A stretch of DNA of 64,000 bases from Alphaproteobacteria bacterium (GTDB taxonomy: Bacteria > Pseudomonadota > Alphaproteobacteria > Bin95), in contig CBDBGH010000003.1 of the NCBI GenBank assembly GCA_965205265.1, positions 2,400,001 to 2,464,000 of the forward strand, given 5' to 3'. Each line of letters begins with the position of its first letter. Positions within the stretch are counted from its first letter, which is position 1. The notes beneath the pieces are model-generated. The model had not been told where the DNA came from. It worked only from the letters and a program-made list of their open reading frames with translations, and ran no database searches. Both the position numbers and the translations under genes were made by a program. Shown here piece after piece: positions 21,224-29,348 of this stretch.

Positions 21224-23137
21224 CTGACTTCGACGGTTGATTCGCATAAGTAGTTGATATTGCCTGGTTCTCATTTCGGCTAGGCACTACATCCGGCATT
21301 TCTTCGAGCCGTGCTTCGTCGACGGTCAGGCGAGTTGATACGGGGTGATCGTCAGGGGCAGCCCCATGGTTGCGTAAATCTGCTCCGCCGCCGGTGTCGG
21401 CTTCGAGGGGATGACGTAGCGGTTGCCCGATTGCCGACAGCGCAGCAGGGAGCACTGGCGGTGGACGAGGGCGGAGCGGATGACCTCCGGGGACATCCGC
21501 CGCTTCTGGATGGCGACGCGGTACGCAAGGTGTCGAACGCAGGCGAAGGCCAGGAAGGCGATGGCGATGTGAGCGCGGATCCGGTCCGGGTTCCAGTGCC
21601 AGATGGGACGTATCTTCAGGTCGTGTTTGGTGATCCGGAAGCTCTCCTCGACCTGCCAGAGCCCCTGGTAGTGAGCCATCACTTCGGTGACGCGCGCGTC
21701 GCGCAGATTGGTGATGACGCCGGTGAGCCCGTCCCATCGTGCGGCCTCGGCGATCTTCTCCGGGTTCACCGTGAGCCGTGCGTCGCCCTCGACGGCGATG
21801 AAGCGCTTCGCCCCGTGATTGGAGAGCAGTTCCCTGGGATTGTCGCTGCGGGCCAGCCTGTCGAGCAGGCGTTCCACCTGATGGCGGCGCTCGTGCGCGT
21901 CCTTGCGTGCGCGCTGGGGGCAGAAGACGACGATCAGGCGACGGCCCTTGTACTCCCACTCGCCGACCCGGCGGTCCTGTGAGCCCTCCAGCGGGGCATA
22001 GGTCCCGGGGTCGAGAACCTGCCCCAGCAGCGCGAGCGGCAGCTTGCGCAGCCGCGCGCCGACGACATACTCGCCGCCGATGGCGTCCATGGCGTCGAGG
22101 TTGTCGGCGCTCAGCATGCCCCGGTCGGCCACGCATACCGTGCGCTCCACCTGGTGGCGGCGCTGCATGTCCTGCAGGACCGGGACCATGCTGTGTCCCT
22201 CGTAGGTGGCGCCGGGGAAGACCTCGTAGCTGATCGGCAGCCCTTCGCGCGTCACCATCAGCGCCAGCAGAACCTGCGAGTCCTTGTGTTTGCCGTCCTT
22301 GCTGAAGCCGTGCTGGCGAAGCTCGTCCTCGGCGGCCGTCTCGAAGTAGAGCGTGGTGCAATCGAAGAAGAGGATCGCGACCGGCTCCGGCAGCAGCGAC
22401 CGGCTCGCCTCGCCGACGCGCGTGCGCAGTCGCTCGATCACCGTCGCGTCGAGCTGATCCATCATCCGGTAGACCTTCTCGAGCGGAAGACTCACGCCGA
22501 AGTCCTCCTCGAGCCGGCGCACGCTGCCCCGCTTGCTGTCGGGGTTGGCTACCCGCGCCATCACCACATGGAACAGCGCGTCATGGGAGGCCCGGTAGCG
22601 CGAGCGCGGCAGCAGCGCGTCGAGGCCCAGCAGCCGGTAGATCTCGCCATAGACCTCGTGGATGCCTGTGATCAGGCGCTGCTCCTCTTCAAGCTGCTTG
22701 AGGTCGACCGGGAGTTCCTCCTTGCCGTCCCCCCGGCGGCCGACACGGATCGCCTGCTCAGCGATCTTCTCGGGCGCAAACAATGCCGGCTGACGCTCGT
22801 CCTCCAGCTTCGCCTTGACGTACTCGCCGAGCTGCCTCAGGCGCTCGAGCTCGTCCTCGTCCATGGCCACGCCGACATGGCGGACGATGCGCTGTCGGAC
22901 CTTGCCGCCGTCGCGCACGGCCTCGACGATCTGGACCGAGCGTCGCGGGCTGTTGGGGGAGGTCTTGATGCGCACGAACATGGGGGGAGTGTAGCGCGTG
23001 GCGGAGGCATTGACAGTCTCAAAGATTTACTAGGCACTACAACGCAGCTTGACCGCACCGCAACTGCCAACTCATTGGCTTTACTGAAAACTCCAGACGC
23101 GAGATCGGTCAGAAGTCAGCCCAACCGTCGAAGTCAG
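21224..23137 (-). mobile_element. IS1634-family insertion sequence (~1914 bp)
   Basis: 16-bp perfect terminal IRs ctgacttcgacggttg / caaccgtcgaagtcag, a single transposase and long flanking direct repeats; each boundary is ambiguous by 1 bp. Confidence 0.9.
21326..22981 (-). CDS. IS1634-family DDE transposase
   Basis: FFDCTTLYFE, GFSKDGK, VADRGM, YQGLWQVEESFRITK, IRAHIAIAFLA. Confidence 0.92.
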   Translation of the reverse strand: MFVRIKTSPNSPRRSVQIVEAVRDGGKVRQRIVRHVGVAMDEDELERLRQLGEYVKAKLEDERQPALFAPEKIAEQAIRVGRRGDGKEELPVDLKQLEEEQRLITGIHEVYGEIYRLLGLDALLPRSRYRASHDALFHVVMARVANPDSKRGSVRRLEEDFGVSLPLEKVYRMMDQLDATVIERLRTRVGEASRSLLPEPVAILFFDCTTLYFETAAEDELRQHGFSKDGKHKDSQVLLALMVTREGLPISYEVFPGATYEGHSMVPVLQDMQRRHQVERTVCVADRGMLSADNLDAMDAIGGEYVVGARLRKLPLALLGQVLDPGTYAPLEGSQDRRVGEWEYKGRRLIVVFCPQRARKDAHERRHQVERLLDRLARSDNPRELLSNHGAKRFIAVEGDARLTVNPEKIAEAARWDGLTGVITNLRDARVTEVMAHYQGLWQVEESFRITKHDLKIRPIWHWNPDRIRAHIAIAFLAFACVRHLAYRVAIQKRRMSPEVIRSALVHRQCSLLRCRQSGNRYVIPSKPTPAAEQIYATMGLPLTITPYQLA

Positions 23138-23255
23138 GAGGATCGGACCGGGCCCGCCCAGCACCACATGCCCGTAGCCTTCGAAGGGCAGGTCCGCCCC
23201 GCCTATCGTCACTCCCAGCATCCGCGAGCAGAGCATCGGGTCCGTGGAGAGCCCC
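23138..23255 (+). repeat. Right copy of the 118-bp target-site duplication
   Basis: Matches 21106-21223; both copies encode MLCSRMLGVTIGGADLPFEGYGHVVLGGPGPIL on the minus strand. Confidence 0.92.
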
Positions 23256-23754
23256 AGCGACCGGCGCACGATCGAGGCCCGGCCGTCGGCGCCGACGATG
23301 CGCGCGGCGGTTACGGCGCGCTCGTCGCCGCCTACGGAAAAGGCGACCTGCCCGTCATCGACCGCCTTGACCCGTGCGTGGGAAATGAAATCGACACCGG
23401 CCTCCTCCTCGATCGCTTCGCGGAGGCTCGAGACAAGCAAGGCGTGGTCGCACGCCAGACCGCGGGACCCGTCCGGGTAAGGAAGCAGGATCGGCTCCGA
23501 GCCGTCCTCCGGAAACACCGCGAATCCGTTGCCCGGGGTGCTGCGGGGCAGCGCGTCGATGTCTATCCCGACCTCGCGCAATATCCTGACGGCCGGCGGA
23601 TGCAGCCATTCGCCGGCCAGGCGCCCCGACGCCCTGGGATTGGCTTCCAGCAGGGCCACGCGGGCGCCCCGGCGCGCATGGGCGAGCGCGCACAGGCTCC
23701 CCACCGGGCCCGCGCCGACAATGGCTACGTCGTAAGGCCGCCCCGCGGCGGCGC

Positions 23755-25164
23755 TCATCGGAAAACGCTCGGCTCCGCGCGGCGGCGGTAGCGGACCCGG
23801 CACGGGGCCTCGGGCCCCGTCACCCAGCTGCCGTAATTCGGGCGCGGGAACCTCGAGTCGGCAGTGAAGTCGAAGCGGTCGAGCAGAACCGTCCAGATCG
23901 CCTTGAGCTGCATATAGGCGAAGTTCTTGCCCATGCATGCATGTTTGCCGCCGCCGAAGCCGATCAGGGCGTAATGGTGCTGCCTGTCCTCGCTGGCGGG
24001 GGGCGCGAAACGGTCGGGGAAGAACCGCTCCGGGTCGGCGAAGACATGGGGCAGGCGGTGGGAGACCGCCGGCGACACCATGGCCATGGTGCCGGCAGGC
24101 ACGACACTGCCCCTGTAGCGGAGCGGTTCGAGCACCTTCCGGATCAGCAATATCAGCGGCGGGTGCAACCGCTCGCATTCTCGCACGGCGTTTTCCATCG
24201 CCGGCTGGCGCTGGAGGCTGTCGAGGCTTATGGACCCCGCTTCGCGGTAAACCTCCCGCATCTCCTCCCTCAATCGCGCCAGGTAGGAGGGCGCCCTGAA
24301 GAGCTCAAGGCCGGTCCAGGTCGCAAGCACCGCGCTGGTGTGCTGGCCCGCGAACAGCACCGTCAGCAGAATCCCCGTGATCTCGTCGTCGCTGAGAGCG
24401 CGGCCATCCTTGTAACGGGCATTCATGAGCGTCTGCATGAAGTCGTCGGGGCCGCCCCCTGCATGGCGGCGCGCCGCCATGATCCCGCCGAAGATCTCCG
24501 CCACCTTCCGCCGGGCCCGGTCACGGCTTCTGTGCGCGGGGGTGGGAAGTCTCGGAAGGAAGAACCCGAGCGTGTTAATACCCTTCTGCAGGTCGTGGTA
24601 GGCCTCGGCGAATCCGGTGTCCACCCGGTCGCGGACCTCCTGCCCGATCAGGCAGCGGCTGGCGATCCTGACGGTGAGCTCGTTCATCGCATGCGGCAGG
24701 TCGATGTTCCCCTCCTCGCCGAGGGCGTCGGCGAAAGCGCTCGCCTCCTCGAACATGATGAGGGCGAATTTCCGCATGGCGGCCTCGCGGAGCGCGGGAA
24801 ACAGGAATCCCAGCTGCTCCGCCATGATTTCCGGCGAGGTGTCATAGGCCACGCCGCGCCCGAAGACGGGCACGGTGAAGCGGTAGACCGCCTTGGCGTT
24901 CAGCTGGGTCTCCGGCGCCCTGAAATAGAAGTCGTGGGCTTCGGGCCCGGCGAAGAGGACGAAATCGCGGACACCCAGCCTGAAGCGGAAGAGGTCGCCA
25001 TGCTCGCGCCAGCCGCGGCTCAGCATGGCGACCGGGTCCCGCTGGAATTCCCTGAGATGGCCGATCAGCGGCCAGCTGCCCGCCAGTTCCGGAACGGGCT
25101 CTTCCGGCCGCGGCGGGGGGTCCGCGGCATGCAGGGTCGCCATGCTGTGAGACCGGTTCGCCAT
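23755..25164 (-). CDS. cyp51: Cytochrome P450 CYP51 (sterol 14-alpha-demethylase)
   Basis: YRFTVPVFGRGVAYD, I-helix LFAGQHTS, ExxR (ECER), heme motif FGGGKHACMG; stop overlaps the ATG of the SE-OSC gene. Confidence 0.9.
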   Translation of the reverse strand: MANRSHSMATLHAADPPPRPEEPVPELAGSWPLIGHLREFQRDPVAMLSRGWREHGDLFRFRLGVRDFVLFAGPEAHDFYFRAPETQLNAKAVYRFTVPVFGRGVAYDTSPEIMAEQLGFLFPALREAAMRKFALIMFEEASAFADALGEEGNIDLPHAMNELTVRIASRCLIGQEVRDRVDTGFAEAYHDLQKGINTLGFFLPRLPTPAHRSRDRARRKVAEIFGGIMAARRHAGGGPDDFMQTLMNARYKDGRALSDDEITGILLTVLFAGQHTSAVLATWTGLELFRAPSYLARLREEMREVYREAGSISLDSLQRQPAMENAVRECERLHPPLILLIRKVLEPLRYRGSVVPAGTMAMVSPAVSHRLPHVFADPERFFPDRFAPPASEDRQHHYALIGFGGGKHACMGKNFAYMQLKAIWTVLLDRFDFTADSRFPRPNYGSWVTGPEAPCRVRYRRRAEPSVFR

Positions 25165-25172
25165 CCCCGCCC

Positions 25173-26273
25173 TCAATGGATGAACGGCAGCATCGAGAAA
25201 CGCGCCTGCTGCGTGTAGCGTTCCCACAGCTCGCCGTATTTGGCCCGGCAGCGGCGCTCGTCGCGTATCGAGCGGTGCCACAGGAGACCCGCCAGCCATG
25301 CCGGCAGCAGGTAGGGGACCCAGGATGCGAACCCGGTCGTCAGCGCGAAAGCGAGATAGATGCAGATCTCGCCGGTATAGTTGAGATGCCGCCCGATTCC
25401 CCAGAATCCGGAGACCAGGAGTCGCCCGTCCAGGGTCCGGGCGGGCTGCCCCCAGATCGTGACATCGGGGTCGCGCTTGAAGCCGTGCTTCTGCTGGTTT
25501 GCTCCGCGGAAGAGCCAGAAGCCGAAGGCGAACAACAGGACGACGGCCATGGCGGCGGCCGGAGACAGCGGGTCCGGCGCGTGAACCAGCCACCAGCCGG
25601 GCAGGCAATAGAAGAACGGCACCAGCACATAGTCGCCCCAGACCAGCATCCATCCGAAGCGCTCGCTGATGATGTCCCAAGTGTGGATCATGCCGTGCTC
25701 GAACTGGAAGTAGTTGAGCACGTAGAGGAAGGTGAACGCCTGATAGAGCGCCATCGCCAGGGTAAGCTCGCCATAGGTTTCCCACTGCACGACGGCGAAG
25801 GAGGCGTTGAAGAGCGCCAGGCCGATGAGGGAGGGGCGGTAGCTGAACAGCTTCAGGTCCAGCCCGAACCGGACCGGGCCGGCATCGACGCCGCCGAAAT
25901 AGCCCCGCCAGAATCCCGGCGGAGCGCCGGGCGCCCGCGCGCCCCGCAGATACAGCCAGCCCGCAAGCGCGAAGGCGAAGGCGTTCGCCGCCACGAACAG
26001 GGCGGCGAAGTGGGTGTAAAGCGCCGAAAGGGAGAACCAGCCGAAGAACTGGGCGAGGCCCGCCGCGAACGCGGCGATCAGGAAAAGCGCGAGGCCGTTC
26101 AGCTTGTAGATGCGCTCATTGCCCTCGGCGTCCGGCCCCGCGATGCGGCGGCCGGGAAGGACAATCGAACCCAGGAAGAGCAGCGCGACGAACACCAGCG
26201 CCATTGCCGCCGCTTCGAGCAACGCCCCGCCCGACAGCGCGGACGACAGGGGGGACGCTTCAGGCAGGGACAC
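25173..26273 (-). CDS. ERG24/ERG4/DHCR7-family sterol reductase (probably C-14 reductase)
   Basis: YKLNGL, WDIISERFGWMLVWGD, LLVSGFWGIGRHLNYTGE, RDERRCRAKYG; GTG start at 26273 is inferred. Confidence 0.88.
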   Translation of the reverse strand: MSLPEASPLSSALSGGALLEAAAMALVFVALLFLGSIVLPGRRIAGPDAEGNERIYKLNGLALFLIAAFAAGLAQFFGWFSLSALYTHFAALFVAANAFAFALAGWLYLRGARAPGAPPGFWRGYFGGVDAGPVRFGLDLKLFSYRPSLIGLALFNASFAVVQWETYGELTLAMALYQAFTFLYVLNYFQFEHGMIHTWDIISERFGWMLVWGDYVLVPFFYCLPGWWLVHAPDPLSPAAAMAVVLLFAFGFWLFRGANQQKHGFKRDPDVTIWGQPARTLDGRLLVSGFWGIGRHLNYTGEICIYLAFALTTGFASWVPYLLPAWLAGLLWHRSIRDERRCRAKYGELWERYTQQARFSMLPFIH

Positions 26274-27345
26274 CGCCGTCCCCCGACCCGCGGGCCAGAG
26301 TTTCCCGCCATTTGCGCACCGTGACTTCCTGAAAGGCCTTGACCACCGGATTGAACTCGACGGGCCGCGCGTCCCAGTGTTTCTCGTAACCCTCCTGTTC
26401 CGCTTCGAGCGCAAACCGGTCCTGGTCGAGCAGGGGGGCGATGAGCGCGCGGTTGGAGATTTTCATCACCGCAGTCATGGCGAAACGCGGAATGCGCACC
26501 GGCAGGAACGGTATTTTCAGAGACTTGAAATAGAACAGGAAGAACACCCGGGTGGTGCGTTCGTCCATGGGCAGCACGAACAGCCAGTGCTTGATCTCGT
26601 CATCGGTGTTCGACCACTGGTAGGGATATTCGTAGCAGAGCTCCATACGGTTGGTGTTGAGCCGCTCATGGTCCACGAACAGCCCCGAGATGCGCCCGCG
26701 CCCGACGCGCGTGTCATAGGCGAGATGCACATTGTCGCCGACGGTTTCGCAGGAGGCGAGCTCGGCTCCGTCGAAGGGCCGGTAGCGGCGGTGCAGATGC
26801 GCATGGGTGAAGTCGCTCACATTGTCGATCACCATCGAGTGGTGCGCCGCCCATGTGAAGCGCAGCGGCACGCAGGTCCAGCGGCCGGGCCCCTCCAGCT
26901 CGGGAATCTCCGGGATCCCGCGCTGCTCCGCCTGCTCCGGGTCGCCCGGGAAGAGCCAGACCAAGCCGTAGCGGACCTTCACCGGATAGGTCTTGAGCGC
27001 AAGCCGCGGGAAGCTTCGCCCGTTGCCGTCATAAGGGACCCCGGCAGGACGCTCCCTGCCGCCATATTCCCAGCCGTGATAGGCGCACACCAGCCGGCAT
27101 CCCTCCACATGACCGATGGAGAGCTTGAGCTGGCGGTGCGCGCAGCGGTTCTCGATCGCCTGGAAAGAACCGTCCGTTCCCCGGAACAGCGCAATCGAGT
27201 GCTTCCAGAAAACGACCTCGACCACCGTTCCCGGCTTGACCCGGCGCACTTCCTCCACCGCATACCAGTAATTCGGGTCCATGCCCGCGGCGCGCGCCTG
27301 CTGGCGGAGCGTGCCGGCCTCCTCGAAGCAGGGCGGCGGCCTCAT
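26260..27345 (-). CDS. Rieske non-heme iron oxygenase, SdmA-like sterol C-4 methyl oxidase
   Basis: CAHR...CAYHGW Rieske motif and DNVSDFTHAHLH mononuclear iron motif; sterol operon context. Confidence 0.75.
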   Translation of the reverse strand: MRPPPCFEEAGTLRQQARAAGMDPNYWYAVEEVRRVKPGTVVEVVFWKHSIALFRGTDGSFQAIENRCAHRQLKLSIGHVEGCRLVCAYHGWEYGGRERPAGVPYDGNGRSFPRLALKTYPVKVRYGLVWLFPGDPEQAEQRGIPEIPELEGPGRWTCVPLRFTWAAHHSMVIDNVSDFTHAHLHRRYRPFDGAELASCETVGDNVHLAYDTRVGRGRISGLFVDHERLNTNRMELCYEYPYQWSNTDDEIKHWLFVLPMDERTTRVFFLFYFKSLKIPFLPVRIPRFAMTAVMKISNRALIAPLLDQDRFALEAEQEGYEKHWDARPVEFNPVVKAFQEVTVRKWRETLARGSGDGGVPA

Positions 27346-28502
27346 GTCGCGCTCCCGCCCGGCATCGCCTGGAGGCCCGGGTGCGGCGCGGGATTTTCCG
27401 CCCCTCCCGCGGCGCGCTGATCCGGGACGTCGGCGCGCGGCGGTTTTGCGGACGGATTCACGATTGCGTTGCGGGCGAAGTGAAATGCGTAGGCTTCATG
27501 AACCGCGTCGCGGATGCCGGTCGGCCGGTAGCCGAGCTCGCGTTGCGCCTTGCCGGTGTCGGCATGGCGGCGCTTTTTCAGCAGGCGGATGGCGCCGGGC
27601 GTGAAGCGCTGGGGAAAGTCCGGATGGAACCGGCTCAGGTAAGAGCTCGCCACTTCCGAAAAGGCGAGCATCAGGGGGGCGGGAATCCGCCGGCGCGGCC
27701 TCGGGACGCCCGAGACCTCCTCATACAGACCCACGATCTCCGAGATGGTCTTGTACTCGCTGCTGAAGATGTATTTTTCGCCCGAGCGGCCGCGGCGCAT
27801 GCACAGCAGGTGCCCCTCGACAATGTCGCGCGCCGCGACGAACTCGAACCCGCCGTCGATATAGGCATGAAGCTTGCCATTGGTGTAGTCGCAGAGCGTC
27901 CTTCCCAGCCGCGAGGGCAGATAGTCGGCGCCTCCCACCACTGCGCAACAGGTCGCGACCACGACATCCTGCCCTGTGGCCGCCGCGCGCCAGCATTCCT
28001 GCTCGACCAGCGACTTGCTGCGCTCATAGGGCATCGTGCGTTCCATGGGATAGAACGGCATTGTCTCGTCGCTGGGCGCGGACGGATCGTCCAGATCGTA
28101 GCCGACCGCGCTGAAGGAGCCGGTCACGACCACACGGCCGGCCTCGGCTTCCCGCGCCGCCTGCAGCACGTTGCGGGTGCCGCGAACATTGCACTCGAAC
28201 ACCTCCCGGCGATGGGCCCGGTTGCCCTCGATGGTCGATATCTTGGCCGCGACATGATAGACGCCCCGGCAGCCGGCGAGCGCCTGCCTCGTGGCATTCA
28301 AATCCCGGATGTCGCCGAACACGCGCTCCACATCGAGGCCTTCCAGCCCCTCATTGTTGTCCTCGCACCTCAGCAACACCCGGACCCGCACGCCGTCGCC
28401 GAGCAACCGGCGCACGAGATTGGCGCCGACATGCCCGGCCGAACCGGTAACGAAAACGGGCGGCGTCGGCGAACCCGCCGGCATGCTCGATGGAGACGTC
28501 AT
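27342..28502 (-). CDS. NAD(P)-dependent extended SDR (3-beta-HSD-like), SdmB-like C-4 decarboxylase/reductase
   Basis: VTGSAGHVG and YERSK catalytic motif; stop overlaps the Rieske gene start. Confidence 0.72.
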   Translation of the reverse strand: MTSPSSMPAGSPTPPVFVTGSAGHVGANLVRRLLGDGVRVRVLLRCEDNNEGLEGLDVERVFGDIRDLNATRQALAGCRGVYHVAAKISTIEGNRAHRREVFECNVRGTRNVLQAAREAEAGRVVVTGSFSAVGYDLDDPSAPSDETMPFYPMERTMPYERSKSLVEQECWRAAATGQDVVVATCCAVVGGADYLPSRLGRTLCDYTNGKLHAYIDGGFEFVAARDIVEGHLLCMRRGRSGEKYIFSSEYKTISEIVGLYEEVSGVPRPRRRIPAPLMLAFSEVASSYLSRFHPDFPQRFTPGAIRLLKKRRHADTGKAQRELGYRPTGIRDAVHEAYAFHFARNAIVNPSAKPPRADVPDQRAAGGAENPAPHPGLQAMPGGSAT

Positions 28503-29121
28503 CGTAGCCGCTTTCCGCTAAAGGGAGCGGGGAGCCAATCCAGTTCCGTGAGATGGGGACAAAGTCTTGCCGACAACACCGTTCACTCACCGGCCGGCAT
28601 CGCAACGGCAGGTGCATTGAAGCGAATCCACGCCTGTTTGCGCCATGAGATATCGCAAATTCTTCATGCCTGTGCCTCCATCTCCGGGAAGGCTGCGGTA
28701 CCGGCGGGCCGGCATGAAACCGAACGGCATAGAGGGTATACAAAAAGGCTTATTTGTCAAATACAACACGCCCGTAGCGCTCTCGCTTCGTCCGGAAAGC
28801 GAATGCCCCACCCGGGAAAAAGACCCCTTGCGTCATCCCGGTTTTCTTCCGCCCCGGTGACGCCGCAGCCGGTGGAGAGGAGGCCGAAGCGGCGAGGTCG
28901 TCATGGCAGGCCGAAGACTTCGACCGCAGCCATGACGGCTCCGGCACTCGAGCCAAGAAGGGAACCTCTGTTGGACCGGTTGGACAAGACCGAATTTTCT
29001 TCTTTATTTTCAACGCCTCGGTTCGAGACGGTTGGACACTTTATGTCCTTGACCTTACTGCAAAAATAGATTTCCGTTGGGGTCACCACGCGGCACAGTC
29101 CCCGCCAGGAGGCGCAACCCC

Positions 29122-29343
29122 ATGTCCGAGCGGACCCTGTCCATCGAATATTGCGTGGCTTGAAACTACGAGCCGCGCGCCCTCCGTGCGAGGGACATCC
29201 TGCAGGCGAATACCGGCCTTGCCGTGAACCTGGTCAAGGGCGGCGGCGGCGTCTTCGAAATCCGGCGGGACGGCGAGATGCTGTTCTCCAAGAAGGCGAC
29301 GGGGCGCTTCCCGACCGACGAGGAATTGCACGCGCTGCAATAG
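29122..29343 (+). CDS. Rdx-family (SelW/SelT/SelH-like) selenoprotein with in-frame UGA (CxxU)
   Basis: MSERTLSIEYCVA-TGA(29161-29163)-NYEPRA...GGGGVFEIRRDGEMLFSKKATGRFPT; AGGAGG RBS; missing from the ORF track. Confidence 0.88.
29164..29196 (+). promoter_or_regulatory. Candidate bacterial SECIS hairpin
   Basis: ccctc-cgtgc-gaggg stem-loop (29180-29194) beginning 16 nt after the UGA, with G in the loop. Confidence 0.5.
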
Positions 29344-29348
29344 CCCGC

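Larger units (their letters stand above)
18307..23758 (-). pseudogene. Squalene epoxidase-oxidosqualene cyclase fusion gene (1139 aa reconstructed) interrupted by IS1634
   Basis: 5' part 23138-23758 has GAGPVG, GEWLHP and GADG; 3' part 18307-21105 has GDAAGHYHPMT then QW-type repeats, PSWGKFWL, HGWPVSDCTAE, GSWRGVWG and DGGWGE. Removing the IS plus one 118-bp copy joins the parts in frame (621+2799 nt). Confidence 0.88.

Noticed and set aside
23081-24178. The 365-aa ORF as a stand-alone monooxygenase
   Set aside because: The first 140 codons overlap CYP51 out of frame and the tail is IS sequence; only 23138-23758 belongs to the gene
27342-28502. HpnA hopanoid-associated epimerase call
   Set aside because: It is in the same superfamily, but there are no hpn genes nearby and coupling to a Rieske gene favours an SdmB-like role; not fully excluded
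29151-29348. N-terminal extension of DegQ shown in the ORF track
   Set aside because: It overlaps the selenoprotein gene; the signal peptide begins at ATG 29349
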